This document shows positions 7,808 to 17,373 of a stretch of 37,865 nucleotides of DNA, one piece after another; the stretch's first letter is position 1; every line of letters begins with the position of its first letter. Origin of the DNA: Desulfobacterium sp. (GTDB lineage Bacteria > Desulfobacterota > Desulfobacteria > Desulfobacterales > SURF-7). Under the pieces are notes generated by a model that did not search any database, was not told where the DNA came from, and saw nothing but the letters and a program-made list of their open reading frames with translations. The stretch covers positions 1-37,865 of the forward strand of contig PNOB01000002.1 in assembly GCA_013824585.1 (NCBI GenBank), in the 5' to 3' direction. The translations under genes were made by a program, and so were the position numbers.

Positions 7808-8073
7808 CTCCTGAATTTGTTGTCAATCTTGCAAAAGAAGCCATCATCCTTACCATTATCGTTTCTATGCCGATGCTCGGGCTGGGACTTATTGTCGGGA
7901 TAGCGGTAAGTGTTTTCCAGGCTGTGACATCCATTCAGGAAATGACCCTCTCCTTTATTCCGAAAATTCTTGCTGTTTTTCTTGGTCTTCTCTTTTTTGC
8001 ACCATGGATGCTGGAAAAGCTGACAACATTCACACAAAAGCTTATTGCTAATATTCCCATGTACATCCGGTAG
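7804..8073 (+). CDS. fliQ: Flagellar export gate protein FliQ
   Basis: 89 aa from ATG 7804 (MTPEFVVNLAKEAI...), overlapping the fliP stop (7805-7807) by 4 nt. The track ORF start at 7753 lies inside fliP. Confidence 0.88.
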   Translation: MTPEFVVNLAKEAIILTIIVSMPMLGLGLIVGIAVSVFQAVTSIQEMTLSFIPKILAVFLGLLFFAPWMLEKLTTFTQKLIANIPMYIR

Positions 8074-8110
8074 CTTTCGAACAGGCTCTGTTTGAGCTGA
8101 CAAAATTAAC

Positions 8111-8899
8111 ATGACTGAAATTATAGACATTTCGCCTGATCAGTTTAAAATCTTTCTGCTTGTACTGACACGGGTCAGTGTGATCCTGTTCCTGTTCCCG
8201 ATTTTCGGAACCCAGGTACTTCCGGGACTTGTGAAAGCCGGTCTTTCACTTGTGATCTCATTGGGATTATATACTGTGGTAACCGTGGATCCTCAGTACT
8301 TTCCAGATTCCATTGTCGGTTTTACCATTTTTATGGTTTCCGAACTGATCATCGGAGCAATCCTGGGACTGAGCGTTCGCATGTTCTTATCATCTGTTCA
8401 GCTTGCAGGACAACTCATCAGCTTTCAAATGGGATTTGCCATGATCAATGTTATTGACCCGCAGACCGGAGGTCAGGTATCGATCCTTGACGAAATCGGA
8501 TACTGGATGGTGCTTCTTGTTTTTCTACTTCTTGGCGGTCATCATATCATGATTTATGCTCTTGCTGAAAGTTTTCAACTTATTGATATGGGAACGATTT
8601 CCTTAAAAAAAGATCTGCTGCTGAAGTTCGTGACACTTTCGTCGGATATCTTTATCATTTCCTTGAAAATCGGAGCTCCCGCAATTGTTGCACTGCTTTT
8701 TGTCAGCACCGCCTTTGGTCTGAGTGCAAAATTTTCACCTCAGATGAATATCCTCATTGCTGCTTTTCCTATACAGATCGTTGTCGGTCTTATCTTTTTC
8801 GGAATTACACTCCAGATTATCGTCATTGTATCCCGGTCCTACCTTTTGCAGCTCCCACATCTATTTATCACCATTTTAACATTATTGGGTTCTAAGTAG
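8111..8899 (+). CDS. fliR: Flagellar export gate protein FliR
   Basis: 262 aa polytopic membrane protein in the fliPQR-flhB order, with a FliR-like sequence pattern. Confidence 0.88.
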   Translation: MTEIIDISPDQFKIFLLVLTRVSVILFLFPIFGTQVLPGLVKAGLSLVISLGLYTVVTVDPQYFPDSIVGFTIFMVSELIIGAILGLSVRMFLSSVQLAGQLISFQMGFAMINVIDPQTGGQVSILDEIGYWMVLLVFLLLGGHHIMIYALAESFQLIDMGTISLKKDLLLKFVTLSSDIFIISLKIGAPAIVALLFVSTAFGLSAKFSPQMNILIAAFPIQIVVGLIFFGITLQIIVIVSRSYLLQLPHLFITILTLLGSK

Positions 8900-8910
8900 C
8901 AGGATAAAAA

Positions 8911-9978
8911 ATGGCAGAAGATAGTTTTCAGGAAAAAACCGAACAGGCCACCCCGCGAAAACTCCAAAAGAGCAGAGAAGAGGGGCAGGTCGTAAAAAGC
9001 GTTGAGATTCAGTCGGTTCTTGTTCTGCTTTCCGGATTACTTGCGCTGTACGGATTCGGCTTTTTCTATTACAAAGAATTCCTTTCCGTCATGCGGCACA
9101 GTTTTACATTTCACCATATACCGGAAATGAACCTCAGCCAGTGTGTAACATTGATCCACAAATTCGGATTTCAAACTCTTATTATTCTATCTCCGATTTT
9201 TACCGCCGTCTTTATCATGGCCCTCTTGAGTGGATTTGTCCAGGTCGGTTTTGTGGTCGCCCTGAAAGCAATTGAACCCAATTGGAGCAAACTGAGCATG
9301 ATTAAAGGCTTCGAAAGATTGTTTTCATCAAGATCATTTTTCGAGGCCATCAAGTCCATTTTCAAGCTGACAATCATTGGACTGATTTCTTGGTATATTG
9401 TCAAAGGTGAAACATCCAAAATCAAAATGCTATACAGCACAAGTATTGATCATATCCTTTTATACACCCTTCGAGTCGCTTTCAAAATTTTTTTCTGGGT
9501 CATCATTGTAATGATCTTTCTGGCGATTCTCGATTATCTGTTTCAACGATGGCAATTCATGAAACAGATGAAAATGACCAAGCAGGAGATAAAAGAAGAA
9601 TCCAAACAGAGTGAAGGGGATCCTCAGGTTAAATCACGGATCAAAACGCTCCAGTACCAGGCTGCAAGAAAAAGAATGATGCAGGAAGTCCCGAAATCCG
9701 ATGTTGTTGTCACAAACCCGACTCATCTGGCAATCGCCATCAGATATGATGCCTCTAAAATGAATGTGCCAAAGGTTGTCGCAAAAGGTGCCGGCTTGAT
9801 TGCAGAGAGAATAAAGACAGTTGCATATGAACACGATGTTCCTGTGGTTGAAAACAAAGAGTTGGCTCAAAATTTGTATAAGTTAATCGATATCGGGGAT
9901 GAAATCCCGGCGCAATTCTTTCAGGCTGTCGCAGAACTGCTCGCATATGTTTATAAACTTAAAGGAAAAACCTCATGA
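8911..9978 (+). CDS. flhB: Flagellar export switch protein FlhB
   Basis: 355 aa. N-terminus QEKTEQATPRKLQKSREEGQV, four TM segments, and the NPTH autocleavage site (VVVTNPTHLAIAIRY). Confidence 0.93.
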   Translation: MAEDSFQEKTEQATPRKLQKSREEGQVVKSVEIQSVLVLLSGLLALYGFGFFYYKEFLSVMRHSFTFHHIPEMNLSQCVTLIHKFGFQTLIILSPIFTAVFIMALLSGFVQVGFVVALKAIEPNWSKLSMIKGFERLFSSRSFFEAIKSIFKLTIIGLISWYIVKGETSKIKMLYSTSIDHILLYTLRVAFKIFFWVIIVMIFLAILDYLFQRWQFMKQMKMTKQEIKEESKQSEGDPQVKSRIKTLQYQAARKRMMQEVPKSDVVVTNPTHLAIAIRYDASKMNVPKVVAKGAGLIAERIKTVAYEHDVPVVENKELAQNLYKLIDIGDEIPAQFFQAVAELLAYVYKLKGKTS

Positions 9979-10125
9979 CACTTTTTATTCTGACCATGGA
10001 CAATCTCCACAGCATGGAATGATACGTCATTCTTTTAACATGGATGTCAAAATATGGTCGACCCAGGCCGGAATTTTTTTTCAAATAGACCTTGATCTGT
10101 ATTGCGCTGAAAGCAGGAGTATTGG

Positions 10126-12225
10126 ATGAAAAACGAAATCATCAAAACACTGAAGGACCTCGTAAAAGACTCATCAGACATGGCAATGGTGGCTGCCGTG
10201 ATTGGTATCCTCTGCGCAATGCTGTTACCACTCCATCCGGTAATACTGGATCTTTTATTGGCGCTGAACATAACCATCGCGATCATTATCCTCATCACAA
10301 CCATGTATACGATTTCACCATTGGAATTTTCAATTTTTCCATCTGTCCTGCTGGTGATCACCCTGTTCCGCCTTGCACTGAATGTTGCCTCAACCCGTCT
10401 GATTCTTCTGCATGGCAGTGAAGGAGAACTGGCGGCAGGAGCCATTATCAAATCCTTTGGCAGTTTTGTTGTCGGAGGCAATTATGTCATCGGAATGATC
10501 ATCTTTGTCATTCTGGTCTTGATTAATTTTATTGTTATCACCAAAGGTTCCGGCCGGATCGCTGAAGTTGCCGCCCGGTTTACCCTGGATGGAATGCCCG
10601 GCAAACAAATGGCCATTGACGCGGATTTAAATGCCGGCATTATTGATGAAAACGAAGCCCGTGAACGGAGAAAAATGATTGCAAAAGAGTCGGAATTCCA
10701 CGGTGCAATGGATGGTGCTAGCAAGTTTGTGCGCGGGGATGCCATTGCCGGAATCATTATCACTGCAATCAATATTATCGGCGGATTTATAATTGGTGTG
10801 TTTCAACAAGACATGAGCATGATTGATGCAGCAAAAAACTACACCCTGCTTACGGTTGGTGATGGTCTTGTTACCCAGATCCCGGCGCTCATTATCTCCA
10901 CCTCTGCCGGTCTCCTCGTATCCCGGGCAGCATCAGAAGATCGAATGGGAAAAGAATTTTTAAAACATATTTTTTCCACCCCAAATCCAATATACATTGG
11001 AGCGATTATCGTCTTCATGCTCGGAATGGTTCCCGGATTACCGGCCTTTCCCTTTATGACTCTCTCAATGATCCTCATTGGAACGGTTTACTATTATCAC
11101 AATGTATCAGGGAAAAAGAAGAAAGAAGCGCTGCCTGAAGAGGCTGGAAAAGAAAAAACCACACCTACTGGACCCGAAGAGGTTGAACACTTATTAACCC
11201 TTGATGCAATGGAACTGGAGGTTGGTTATGGATTGATACCTCTGGTTGACAGTGAACAGACCGGTGATCTTTTGGGTAGAATTCGAGCCATTCGAAGACA
11301 GTTTGCAACCGAGATTGGAATCATCATTCCGCCGATTCATATCCGTGATAACCTCAAATTAAAGCCTTCTGAATATCGCCTGCTGATTAAAGGTGTCCAG
11401 ATGGCAGGTGCTGAACTTATGGTAAATCATCTCCTGGCCATGGACCCCGGTAATGTTACCCGGAAGATAGAAGGAATTCCCACAACAGAACCTGCATTCA
11501 ACCTTCCTGCATTATGGATTCCGCCGGAAAGGGAGGAGGATGCCAAATTTAATGGATATACCGTTGTTGACAACTCTACGGTTATTGCTACCCATCTTAC
11601 GGAAGTAATCCGGAATAATGCATCAGAACTTCTGGGAAGGCAGGAAGTTCAACATCTTCTTGATAACCTGGCCAAAACGTATCCAAAAGCGGTTGAGGAG
11701 CTGGTTCCGGCTCAACTTCCCCTTGGCATTCTTCAAAAAGTATTACAGAACCTTTTACGAGAAAGAGTATCCGTCCGGGACTTGTTAACGATTGTCGAAG
11801 TGCTGGCGGATTATGCTCCAAAGAGCAAGGATCCGGATCTGCTGACAGAATATGTAAGGCAAAAATTGGCCAGATCCATGCTGAGCCCCTATGTTCAGGA
11901 TGAAGGTGTGCTTCCTGTTATCACTGTTGATCAGGAAGTGGAAAATGTCCTTTCTAAGTCCATACAGCATACGGAACATGGATCATACCTTGCTGCAGAA
12001 CCCAAAATCGTGGATTCAATTGTAAGTTCCATTAAAGAGGAGATCGAAAAAATTATGGCGATCAGCATTCAGCCGATCATTCTCTGTTCTCCTGTATTGA
12101 GGCGTCACCTGAGAAAACTTGTAGAACAATTTGCGCCATCTGTATTTGTTTTTTCGCATGCTGAAATTCAGCAGAACATTCATGTTAAATCAACCGGTAA
12201 GGTAATGTTACGACATGGTCGTTAG
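10126..12225 (+). CDS. flhA: Flagellar export gate protein FlhA
   Basis: 699 aa FHIPEP-family protein with AGGAG Shine-Dalgarno. Conserved motifs: GGNYVIGMIIF, RFTLDGMPGKQMAIDADL, VRGDAIAGIIIT. Large cytoplasmic C-domain. Confidence 0.95.
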   Translation: MKNEIIKTLKDLVKDSSDMAMVAAVIGILCAMLLPLHPVILDLLLALNITIAIIILITTMYTISPLEFSIFPSVLLVITLFRLALNVASTRLILLHGSEGELAAGAIIKSFGSFVVGGNYVIGMIIFVILVLINFIVITKGSGRIAEVAARFTLDGMPGKQMAIDADLNAGIIDENEARERRKMIAKESEFHGAMDGASKFVRGDAIAGIIITAINIIGGFIIGVFQQDMSMIDAAKNYTLLTVGDGLVTQIPALIISTSAGLLVSRAASEDRMGKEFLKHIFSTPNPIYIGAIIVFMLGMVPGLPAFPFMTLSMILIGTVYYYHNVSGKKKKEALPEEAGKEKTTPTGPEEVEHLLTLDAMELEVGYGLIPLVDSEQTGDLLGRIRAIRRQFATEIGIIIPPIHIRDNLKLKPSEYRLLIKGVQMAGAELMVNHLLAMDPGNVTRKIEGIPTTEPAFNLPALWIPPEREEDAKFNGYTVVDNSTVIATHLTEVIRNNASELLGRQEVQHLLDNLAKTYPKAVEELVPAQLPLGILQKVLQNLLRERVSVRDLLTIVEVLADYAPKSKDPDLLTEYVRQKLARSMLSPYVQDEGVLPVITVDQEVENVLSKSIQHTEHGSYLAAEPKIVDSIVSSIKEEIEKIMAISIQPIILCSPVLRRHLRKLVEQFAPSVFVFSHAEIQQNIHVKSTGKVMLRHGR

Positions 12226-13306
12226 AAAATATCAAACAAAAAGTATCCAGGAAGGGGTCAGTAAAATCAAAAAAGAACTGGGCCCGGATGCGATGATATT
12301 GTCTACAAAATGTATTCGAAAAAACACCGTTGATCCTTACGGAAATGATCGATTTGAAATTACCGCGATTCCAGGTCAGTCTGCGGAGGAAAGTTATCCA
12401 AAAAATACAAAAACCATCCGTGAGGAAATTGCAAGCATAAAAGAAGTGCTGTTTCTGCTTGCTCAGCCAAATGGTCTCCCTGAAGCATTTCAAATCTGCC
12501 CGGACAGTTTCAAGATATATTCCAGCCTAATCCGATCCGGAATCTCTGAGAAACGGGTCAACCATTTTTTCCACAAAGTGTTCCAAAATCCGGCCAATCA
12601 AAATCCGGAGAATGTTGAAATTGCCAAACAGATTTACAAATCTGTTTTTGATTCCATTACAGTATCCAACCCATTTCAAACAAATGATGATCCAAAACCT
12701 TCCGGAACGCCAAAATTTGCCGTTCTTATCGGTCCGACCGGTGTTGGTAAAACCACTACCATTGCCAAACTCGCTGCCGATCTTTGTTTACAACAAAGAA
12801 AAAAGGTTGGACTCATTTCTGTTGATAATTATCGGATTGGTGCGGTTGAACAACTGAAAACTTACGCATCCATCATCGGGATTCCCTGTCTGACTGCATT
12901 TTCCAGAGAAGATATAACGGCTGCAATTCACAAACTCAAAACCAGGGATTTTGTTCTGGTGGATACAGCAGGGCATAGCCATCTGGATAAGGAAAGAATG
13001 GCCGAACTTGTCTCTCTTCTTGGTGAAAAATTTTCAGGCTCCTGCCATCTGGTTTTAAGTGCAACAACCAAACAACCGGATATGAAAGATGCTGTTAAAT
13101 ACTTTTCCAGCTTGAACCCGCAAACATACATATTTACAAAAATCGATGAAACCAGACAGCGGGGTGGAATCCTTGACCAGGTTCTTGATTATGCGCTTCC
13201 GATCTCCTTTGTGACAACCGGCCAGAAAGTACCGGAAGACATTATCGTTGCAACAAAAAGAAATATTTCCAGGCTGATATTAAACCGCAGCCGGTATTTA
13301 TCTTAG
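12215..13306 (+). CDS. flhF: Flagellar SRP-type GTPase FlhF
   Basis: 363 aa with an 11-nt overlap with flhA. N-terminus MVVRKYQTKSIQEGVSKIKKELGPDAMILS. G1 motif GPTGVGKTTTIAKLA; DTAGHS; TKIDET. Confidence 0.92.
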   Translation: MVVRKYQTKSIQEGVSKIKKELGPDAMILSTKCIRKNTVDPYGNDRFEITAIPGQSAEESYPKNTKTIREEIASIKEVLFLLAQPNGLPEAFQICPDSFKIYSSLIRSGISEKRVNHFFHKVFQNPANQNPENVEIAKQIYKSVFDSITVSNPFQTNDDPKPSGTPKFAVLIGPTGVGKTTTIAKLAADLCLQQRKKVGLISVDNYRIGAVEQLKTYASIIGIPCLTAFSREDITAAIHKLKTRDFVLVDTAGHSHLDKERMAELVSLLGEKFSGSCHLVLSATTKQPDMKDAVKYFSSLNPQTYIFTKIDETRQRGGILDQVLDYALPISFVTTGQKVPEDIIVATKRNISRLILNRSRYLS

Positions 13307-13330
13307 AATAAAGAAATAGGGAGATAAAAA

Positions 13331-14257
13331 TTGGATCAGGCAAACCGTTTACGTGAAATCATAAAAACCGAAATTCACCAGCAAGAAAAAAAAGCAAGTT
13401 TAAAACCACATCCGCTATCCCAAGGGCTCACCTTTCCAAGGGTTATCGCTGTGACCAGCGGGAAGGGAGGGGTAGGAAAAACCAATATCGTTGGCAACCT
13501 TGCCATTGCCTTTGCCCGATTAGGCAAAAAAGTTATTGTGCTGGATGCAGATCTCGGGCTTGCCAATATTGACATATTATTCAGGATTCATCCCCGTTAC
13601 CATATGGGACACGTGATCAACGGTGAAAAAGAACTATCCGAAGTCATGGCAGACGGACCTGAGGGAATCCGAATCATTCCGGCTGGATCGGGCTTGACAG
13701 ACTTTACTCATCTTACCGAAGGACAGAAACTGAACATCCTGAGCGAATTTGAATCGCTGGACGAATTGGTTGATATCTTTCTCATCGACACAGGGGCCGG
13801 GATCTCTTCCAACGTAATCTATTTTAATTTAGCTGCTGATGAATGTATTATTGTGGCAACCGACGAACCAACCTCTATTACGGATGCCTATGCAATGATT
13901 AAAGTATTGGCTACCCAACATGGAATGAATTATTTCAAAATATTGATCAACATGGTCAAGAATGAAATGCAGGCCAAGATGGTTTATCATACGCTCAGCA
14001 AATCTGTCGAACGTTTCATCAATGATGTGGTTCTTGAGTATATCGGCTTCCTGCCGACAGATCACCTGCTGAAACAGGCACTGATGAACCGCAGTACCGT
14101 TATTGAAATGTACCCGTCTGCTCCATCCAGCACCTGTTTCCAAAATCTTGCCGATGACCTTCTGAAATCTCCGGCCAGATTAAGTGCGGAAGGAAATATA
14201 AAATTCTTTTTAAAACGTTTTATTGATTACAAAACAGCATCTGGAATGGCCCTCTGA
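13331..14257 (+). CDS. flhG: MinD/ParA-like flagellar number regulator FlhG (FleN/YlxH)
   Basis: 308 aa with a TTG start. The N-terminal M-DQANRLR matches the DQAxxLR FlhF-activating motif, which supports this start. Deviant Walker A SGKGGVGKTN. C-terminal amphipathic helix GNIKFFLKRFIDY. Confidence 0.9.
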   Translation: MDQANRLREIIKTEIHQQEKKASLKPHPLSQGLTFPRVIAVTSGKGGVGKTNIVGNLAIAFARLGKKVIVLDADLGLANIDILFRIHPRYHMGHVINGEKELSEVMADGPEGIRIIPAGSGLTDFTHLTEGQKLNILSEFESLDELVDIFLIDTGAGISSNVIYFNLAADECIIVATDEPTSITDAYAMIKVLATQHGMNYFKILINMVKNEMQAKMVYHTLSKSVERFINDVVLEYIGFLPTDHLLKQALMNRSTVIEMYPSAPSSTCFQNLADDLLKSPARLSAEGNIKFFLKRFIDYKTASGMAL

Positions 14258-14276
14258 TCCAATAATAAATTGAACA

Positions 14277-15044
14277 ATGATCGAACACTATTCAAAAATA
14301 GTCTCTACAGACAAAAATCAAAGGCTTACCCCTAAAGAACGGGAAGAACTGATTATCAGACATGCGCCTTTGGTGAAACGTATTGCTGCCAAAATGGCCG
14401 CGAGGCTGCCGTCTTCGGTTGTTTTTGATGAACTGATCAGCGCCGGGTGTCTTGGATTAATCGATGCGATTGATAAATTTGACCCTGAACGGGATGTCAG
14501 CCTGGAAACCTATGCTGAATTCCGGATCAGGGGTTCAATACTGGATGAACTCAGAAGTCTGGACTGGTATTCCAGATCCATGAGAAAAAAAATTCGGGAT
14601 ATTGAAAAAGCAGTCACTTCTGTTGAAACCCGTGAAGGCCATCTGGCAGAAGATTGGGAAATCGCCCAAGAACTCGGGATTGATCTGGAATCATATTTTA
14701 AACAGCTTTCCAATATTCATGGCGCTGCGCTGCTCAGCATGGATGAGTTTATTAAAAATAAAAACAATCAATCCTCTACCCAGAATACATTTCAAGAAAA
14801 AATCAAAAGCAAGGATGATCCATCCCGAAGACTATTCCGGGAAGAGTTAAAACTGGAAGTGGCGAAAGCAATCCAGACCCTTTCGGAAAAAGAACAGCTC
14901 GTGATATCTTTGTATTATCAGGATGAATTGACACTGAACGAAATCGGTACGATACTGAAATTGACCGAATCAAGGATCTGCCAAATCCACACAAGCGCCT
15001 TGATCAAGTTAAAAAACAGGCTTCGACTGTATTATCAGGAGTAA
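14277..15044 (+). CDS. fliA: Flagellar sigma factor FliA (sigma-28)
   Basis: 255 aa with sigma-70 regions 2-4 (LISAGCLGLIDAIDKFDPERDVSLETYAEFRIRGSILDELR; LSEKEQLVISLYYQDELTLNEIGTILKLTESRICQIH). Sits after flhF-flhG. Confidence 0.9.
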   Translation: MIEHYSKIVSTDKNQRLTPKEREELIIRHAPLVKRIAAKMAARLPSSVVFDELISAGCLGLIDAIDKFDPERDVSLETYAEFRIRGSILDELRSLDWYSRSMRKKIRDIEKAVTSVETREGHLAEDWEIAQELGIDLESYFKQLSNIHGAALLSMDEFIKNKNNQSSTQNTFQEKIKSKDDPSRRLFREELKLEVAKAIQTLSEKEQLVISLYYQDELTLNEIGTILKLTESRICQIHTSALIKLKNRLRLYYQE

Positions 15045-15094
15045 CTCGTATTGATTGTTCCACGTCATAACAAATAGTTGTCAGAGCGATAACG

Positions 15095-17005
15095 ATGGCT
15101 GAAACCAAAAATCAACAAGTTGAGTCAGACTCTATCTCAGAGAATGATATTGACCAATTACTCCAATCGTATAGCAGCCAAGAAACAGAAGGAAAGGAGG
15201 AAATCGACAGCTTACTGAGAAATATTTCCCGTGAAGAGAGCGCCATTAATCAGGATGATGCGGAAGAGAATAACAATCTGATCGATGAAATATCTCCAAG
15301 TGATATCCGTAATCTTTTAAATATATCTCTTGACGATATTTCCGTGGATGATCTGGAAGCGGAATTGCTTCAAGCCCAAAACCCGCGTGATTCTGATGAT
15401 TCTCTTTTTGAAGATCAAAAATCCAATACCCATCTTTTTGAAAAAAATTCACAGATTTTTGCCGTAGAAAAGGATCAAGATGAAGCAAAACCTGAACCTG
15501 CAAACGAATCCAATGACACTGGTATAATTTCCCAGGACGATATTGAAAAACTCCTGACCGGTGAAATATCTGTCGATTCAAAATCAACAGAAATCAAATC
15601 AAAACCTGAAACCGAATCCAATGACTCAGGCGTAATTTCCCAGGACGATATTGAAAAACTCCTGACCGGTGAAATATCTGTCGATTCAAAATCAACAGAA
15701 ATCAAATCAAAACCTGAAACCGAATCCAATGACTCAGGCGTAATTTCCCAGGACGATATTGAAAAACTCCTGGCCGGTGAAATCGGCGCTGATGATTCAA
15801 TTCCCATTGAAAATAAAATTCAAGGCTCTGATGAACAGCCTCAAGAAGAGGAGCGATCTCTTTTCATTTCTCAGAATGAACTGAACCTGCTTTTGGAGGA
15901 ATATGACAATAAAACTTCGAATACAAATGCGAAAACAGAAAAAGAAATCATGGCTTCATTGCCTGAAGAATCAGGGATAGAGGATCCAAATAATTTTGTT
16001 TCACAGAGTGACCTTGATATGCTTTTAGCTGAAGATTCCGATAAGAAGAATGAGGATATTGCAGATCCTGACGAAGGACTCATTTCCCAGGAAGACATTG
16101 ATAAGCTGTTACAAGGCAAGGATGACAATCCGGAAGAAGTGGAAGATGACACATCCAGCCTGATTTCACAACAAGACATCGATACCCTGTTAAAAGGAGC
16201 CGCTGAAAATGATTCTTCAGATGAACTGGCTGAAACAGGGCCGGTAGATAAAGACGATAATGAATCCGGACTTGTCTCTCAGGAAGATATTGATTCGCTT
16301 TTGCGGGATGCAACCGATCAGGACGATGAAGAAAATCATACCGAACCCCAGATTGAGCTTGACCGGGTTGTCTTAGAGGAAGCCGATGATTCAAAAATTA
16401 TTCCGGATGAACCTCCCCCACCGGAAGTCAAAACAACTGAAAGAAAAAAATGGTATCGATCCAGACTTGTTATCGCCTGTTCTGCCGGGGCAATCGTTTT
16501 GCTGATTTCTTCTGTTGCACTCTATTTCTTTTTATCCAGCGATCATGCAGGAACAGGGAAGCCGGAAATCGCATCCATTGAGTCTGAATCAAAAAAAACA
16601 GATCCGGCTGTGGAAGAAGCCATCCCGTCCGGTCTATCGATTGATTTTAATGGATTTGTTGTTCTTGATCCGCGCAACAGAGGTGATATTGCTTACCTTA
16701 AGGCAGATATCCAGATTAACTGTAACAGCAATGCTACCGTAAATACAATTGCCTCTCGAAAACCATTTTTCCGATTCTTGATCTATGACATTTTTCAAAA
16801 AAACCTGGAAAAACTGGAGTTGCCTGAAAAAGAAAAAAATCCTCCTTCTGAAAAGAAAAAGGAGGATTCATCCCAATCGGAAAATCACAATGTCCCTTTG
16901 CTTGATAAAACAAAATTACAAATTGCGATTCGGCAGTCTTTGGAAAATGCATTATCGGAAAAAGGCATAAAGGAGATTATTCTGAAAAATATCGATCTGT
17001 TTTAA
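15095..17005 (+). CDS. Acidic multi-EIDAL-motif protein with one TM and a C-terminal FliL-like domain
   Basis: 636 aa. About 11-12 copies of [ILV]SQx[DE][IL][DN]x[LM]L lie in the first ~440 aa. Then RKKWYRSR plus a TM (LVIACSAGAIVLLISSVALYFFL, about nt 16466-16537). The C-terminal ~150 aa align by eye with the FliL encoded at 4625 (FVVLDPRNRGDIAYLKADIQIN vs FVVNLNDPGGKQYLHITIELE; IKEIILKNIDLF vs IRNLYFTEFVIQ). Confidence 0.8.
   Translation: MAETKNQQVESDSISENDIDQLLQSYSSQETEGKEEIDSLLRNISREESAINQDDAEENNNLIDEISPSDIRNLLNISLDDISVDDLEAELLQAQNPRDSDDSLFEDQKSNTHLFEKNSQIFAVEKDQDEAKPEPANESNDTGIISQDDIEKLLTGEISVDSKSTEIKSKPETESNDSGVISQDDIEKLLTGEISVDSKSTEIKSKPETESNDSGVISQDDIEKLLAGEIGADDSIPIENKIQGSDEQPQEEERSLFISQNELNLLLEEYDNKTSNTNAKTEKEIMASLPEESGIEDPNNFVSQSDLDMLLAEDSDKKNEDIADPDEGLISQEDIDKLLQGKDDNPEEVEDDTSSLISQQDIDTLLKGAAENDSSDELAETGPVDKDDNESGLVSQEDIDSLLRDATDQDDEENHTEPQIELDRVVLEEADDSKIIPDEPPPPEVKTTERKKWYRSRLVIACSAGAIVLLISSVALYFFLSSDHAGTGKPEIASIESESKKTDPAVEEAIPSGLSIDFNGFVVLDPRNRGDIAYLKADIQINCNSNATVNTIASRKPFFRFLIYDIFQKNLEKLELPEKEKNPPSEKKKEDSSQSENHNVPLLDKTKLQIAIRQSLENALSEKGIKEIILKNIDLF
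15506..15800 (+). repeat. 108-bp in-frame tandem repeat, about 2.6 copies
   Basis: Copies start at 15506, 15614 and 15722 (GAATCCAATGAC...). Copies 1 and 2 are identical apart from about 5 nt near the start. Copy 3 is identical to copy 2 for about 55 nt and then diverges. Each encodes ESND(T/S)G(I/V)ISQDDIEKLLTGEISVDSKSTEIKSKPET. Confidence 0.9.
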
Positions 17006-17027
17006 TTTACCATTTCACAGGCCTTTT

Positions 17028-17339
17028 ATGACCACTATATCAAATGTCAATATTGTTGTTCAGCAAGGCGATATGGCCAGAGATGCTTCTCAGCAAGCCA
17101 GGCCCCAATCCATGGACACCAGCCAATTGACGCCCGCCGAGCAGCAGGAAAAAGACCGGACCGCACGCTCCTCTGTTCCTGGATCAGAGGAATCGGGTGC
17201 CATTGTTCCGGATAAAGAGCAGCGTGAAAAAGAAAAAAAGAAAAAAAGGGAATCCTTAAACAAGGAAAAAAAAGTGACTGAAAAAGTAACGAAAAAAGAT
17301 CCGGATTCTCCTGGCAGACTGCTGGATACAATCGCATAG
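17028..17339 (+). CDS. Hypothetical small Lys/Glu-rich protein
   Basis: 103 aa (MTTISNVNIVVQQGDMARDASQQ...EKEKKKKRESLNKEKKVTEKVTKKD...), co-directional in a tight gene array. No family recognised. The low-complexity charged C-half makes coding status less certain. Confidence 0.45.
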   Translation: MTTISNVNIVVQQGDMARDASQQARPQSMDTSQLTPAEQQEKDRTARSSVPGSEESGAIVPDKEQREKEKKKKRESLNKEKKVTEKVTKKDPDSPGRLLDTIA

Positions 17340-17373
17340 CTTTTTAACAACCTGTTTTTAAGAAAGTCATTCA

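Noticed and set aside
7537-8130. 197-aa minus-strand ORF
   Set aside because: It is antisense to fliP/fliQ, whose plus-strand products are unmistakable.
15045-15094. GCGATAA sigma-28-like -10 just upstream of the multi-EIDAL gene
   Set aside because: It ends only about 3 nt before the ATG, so any transcript would lack a leader and Shine-Dalgarno. The -35 match is poor.
17028-17339. Possible FlgM anti-sigma factor (size and position near fliA)
   Set aside because: The C-terminal half is Lys/Glu low-complexity. It does not resemble the conserved helical FliA-binding region of FlgM.
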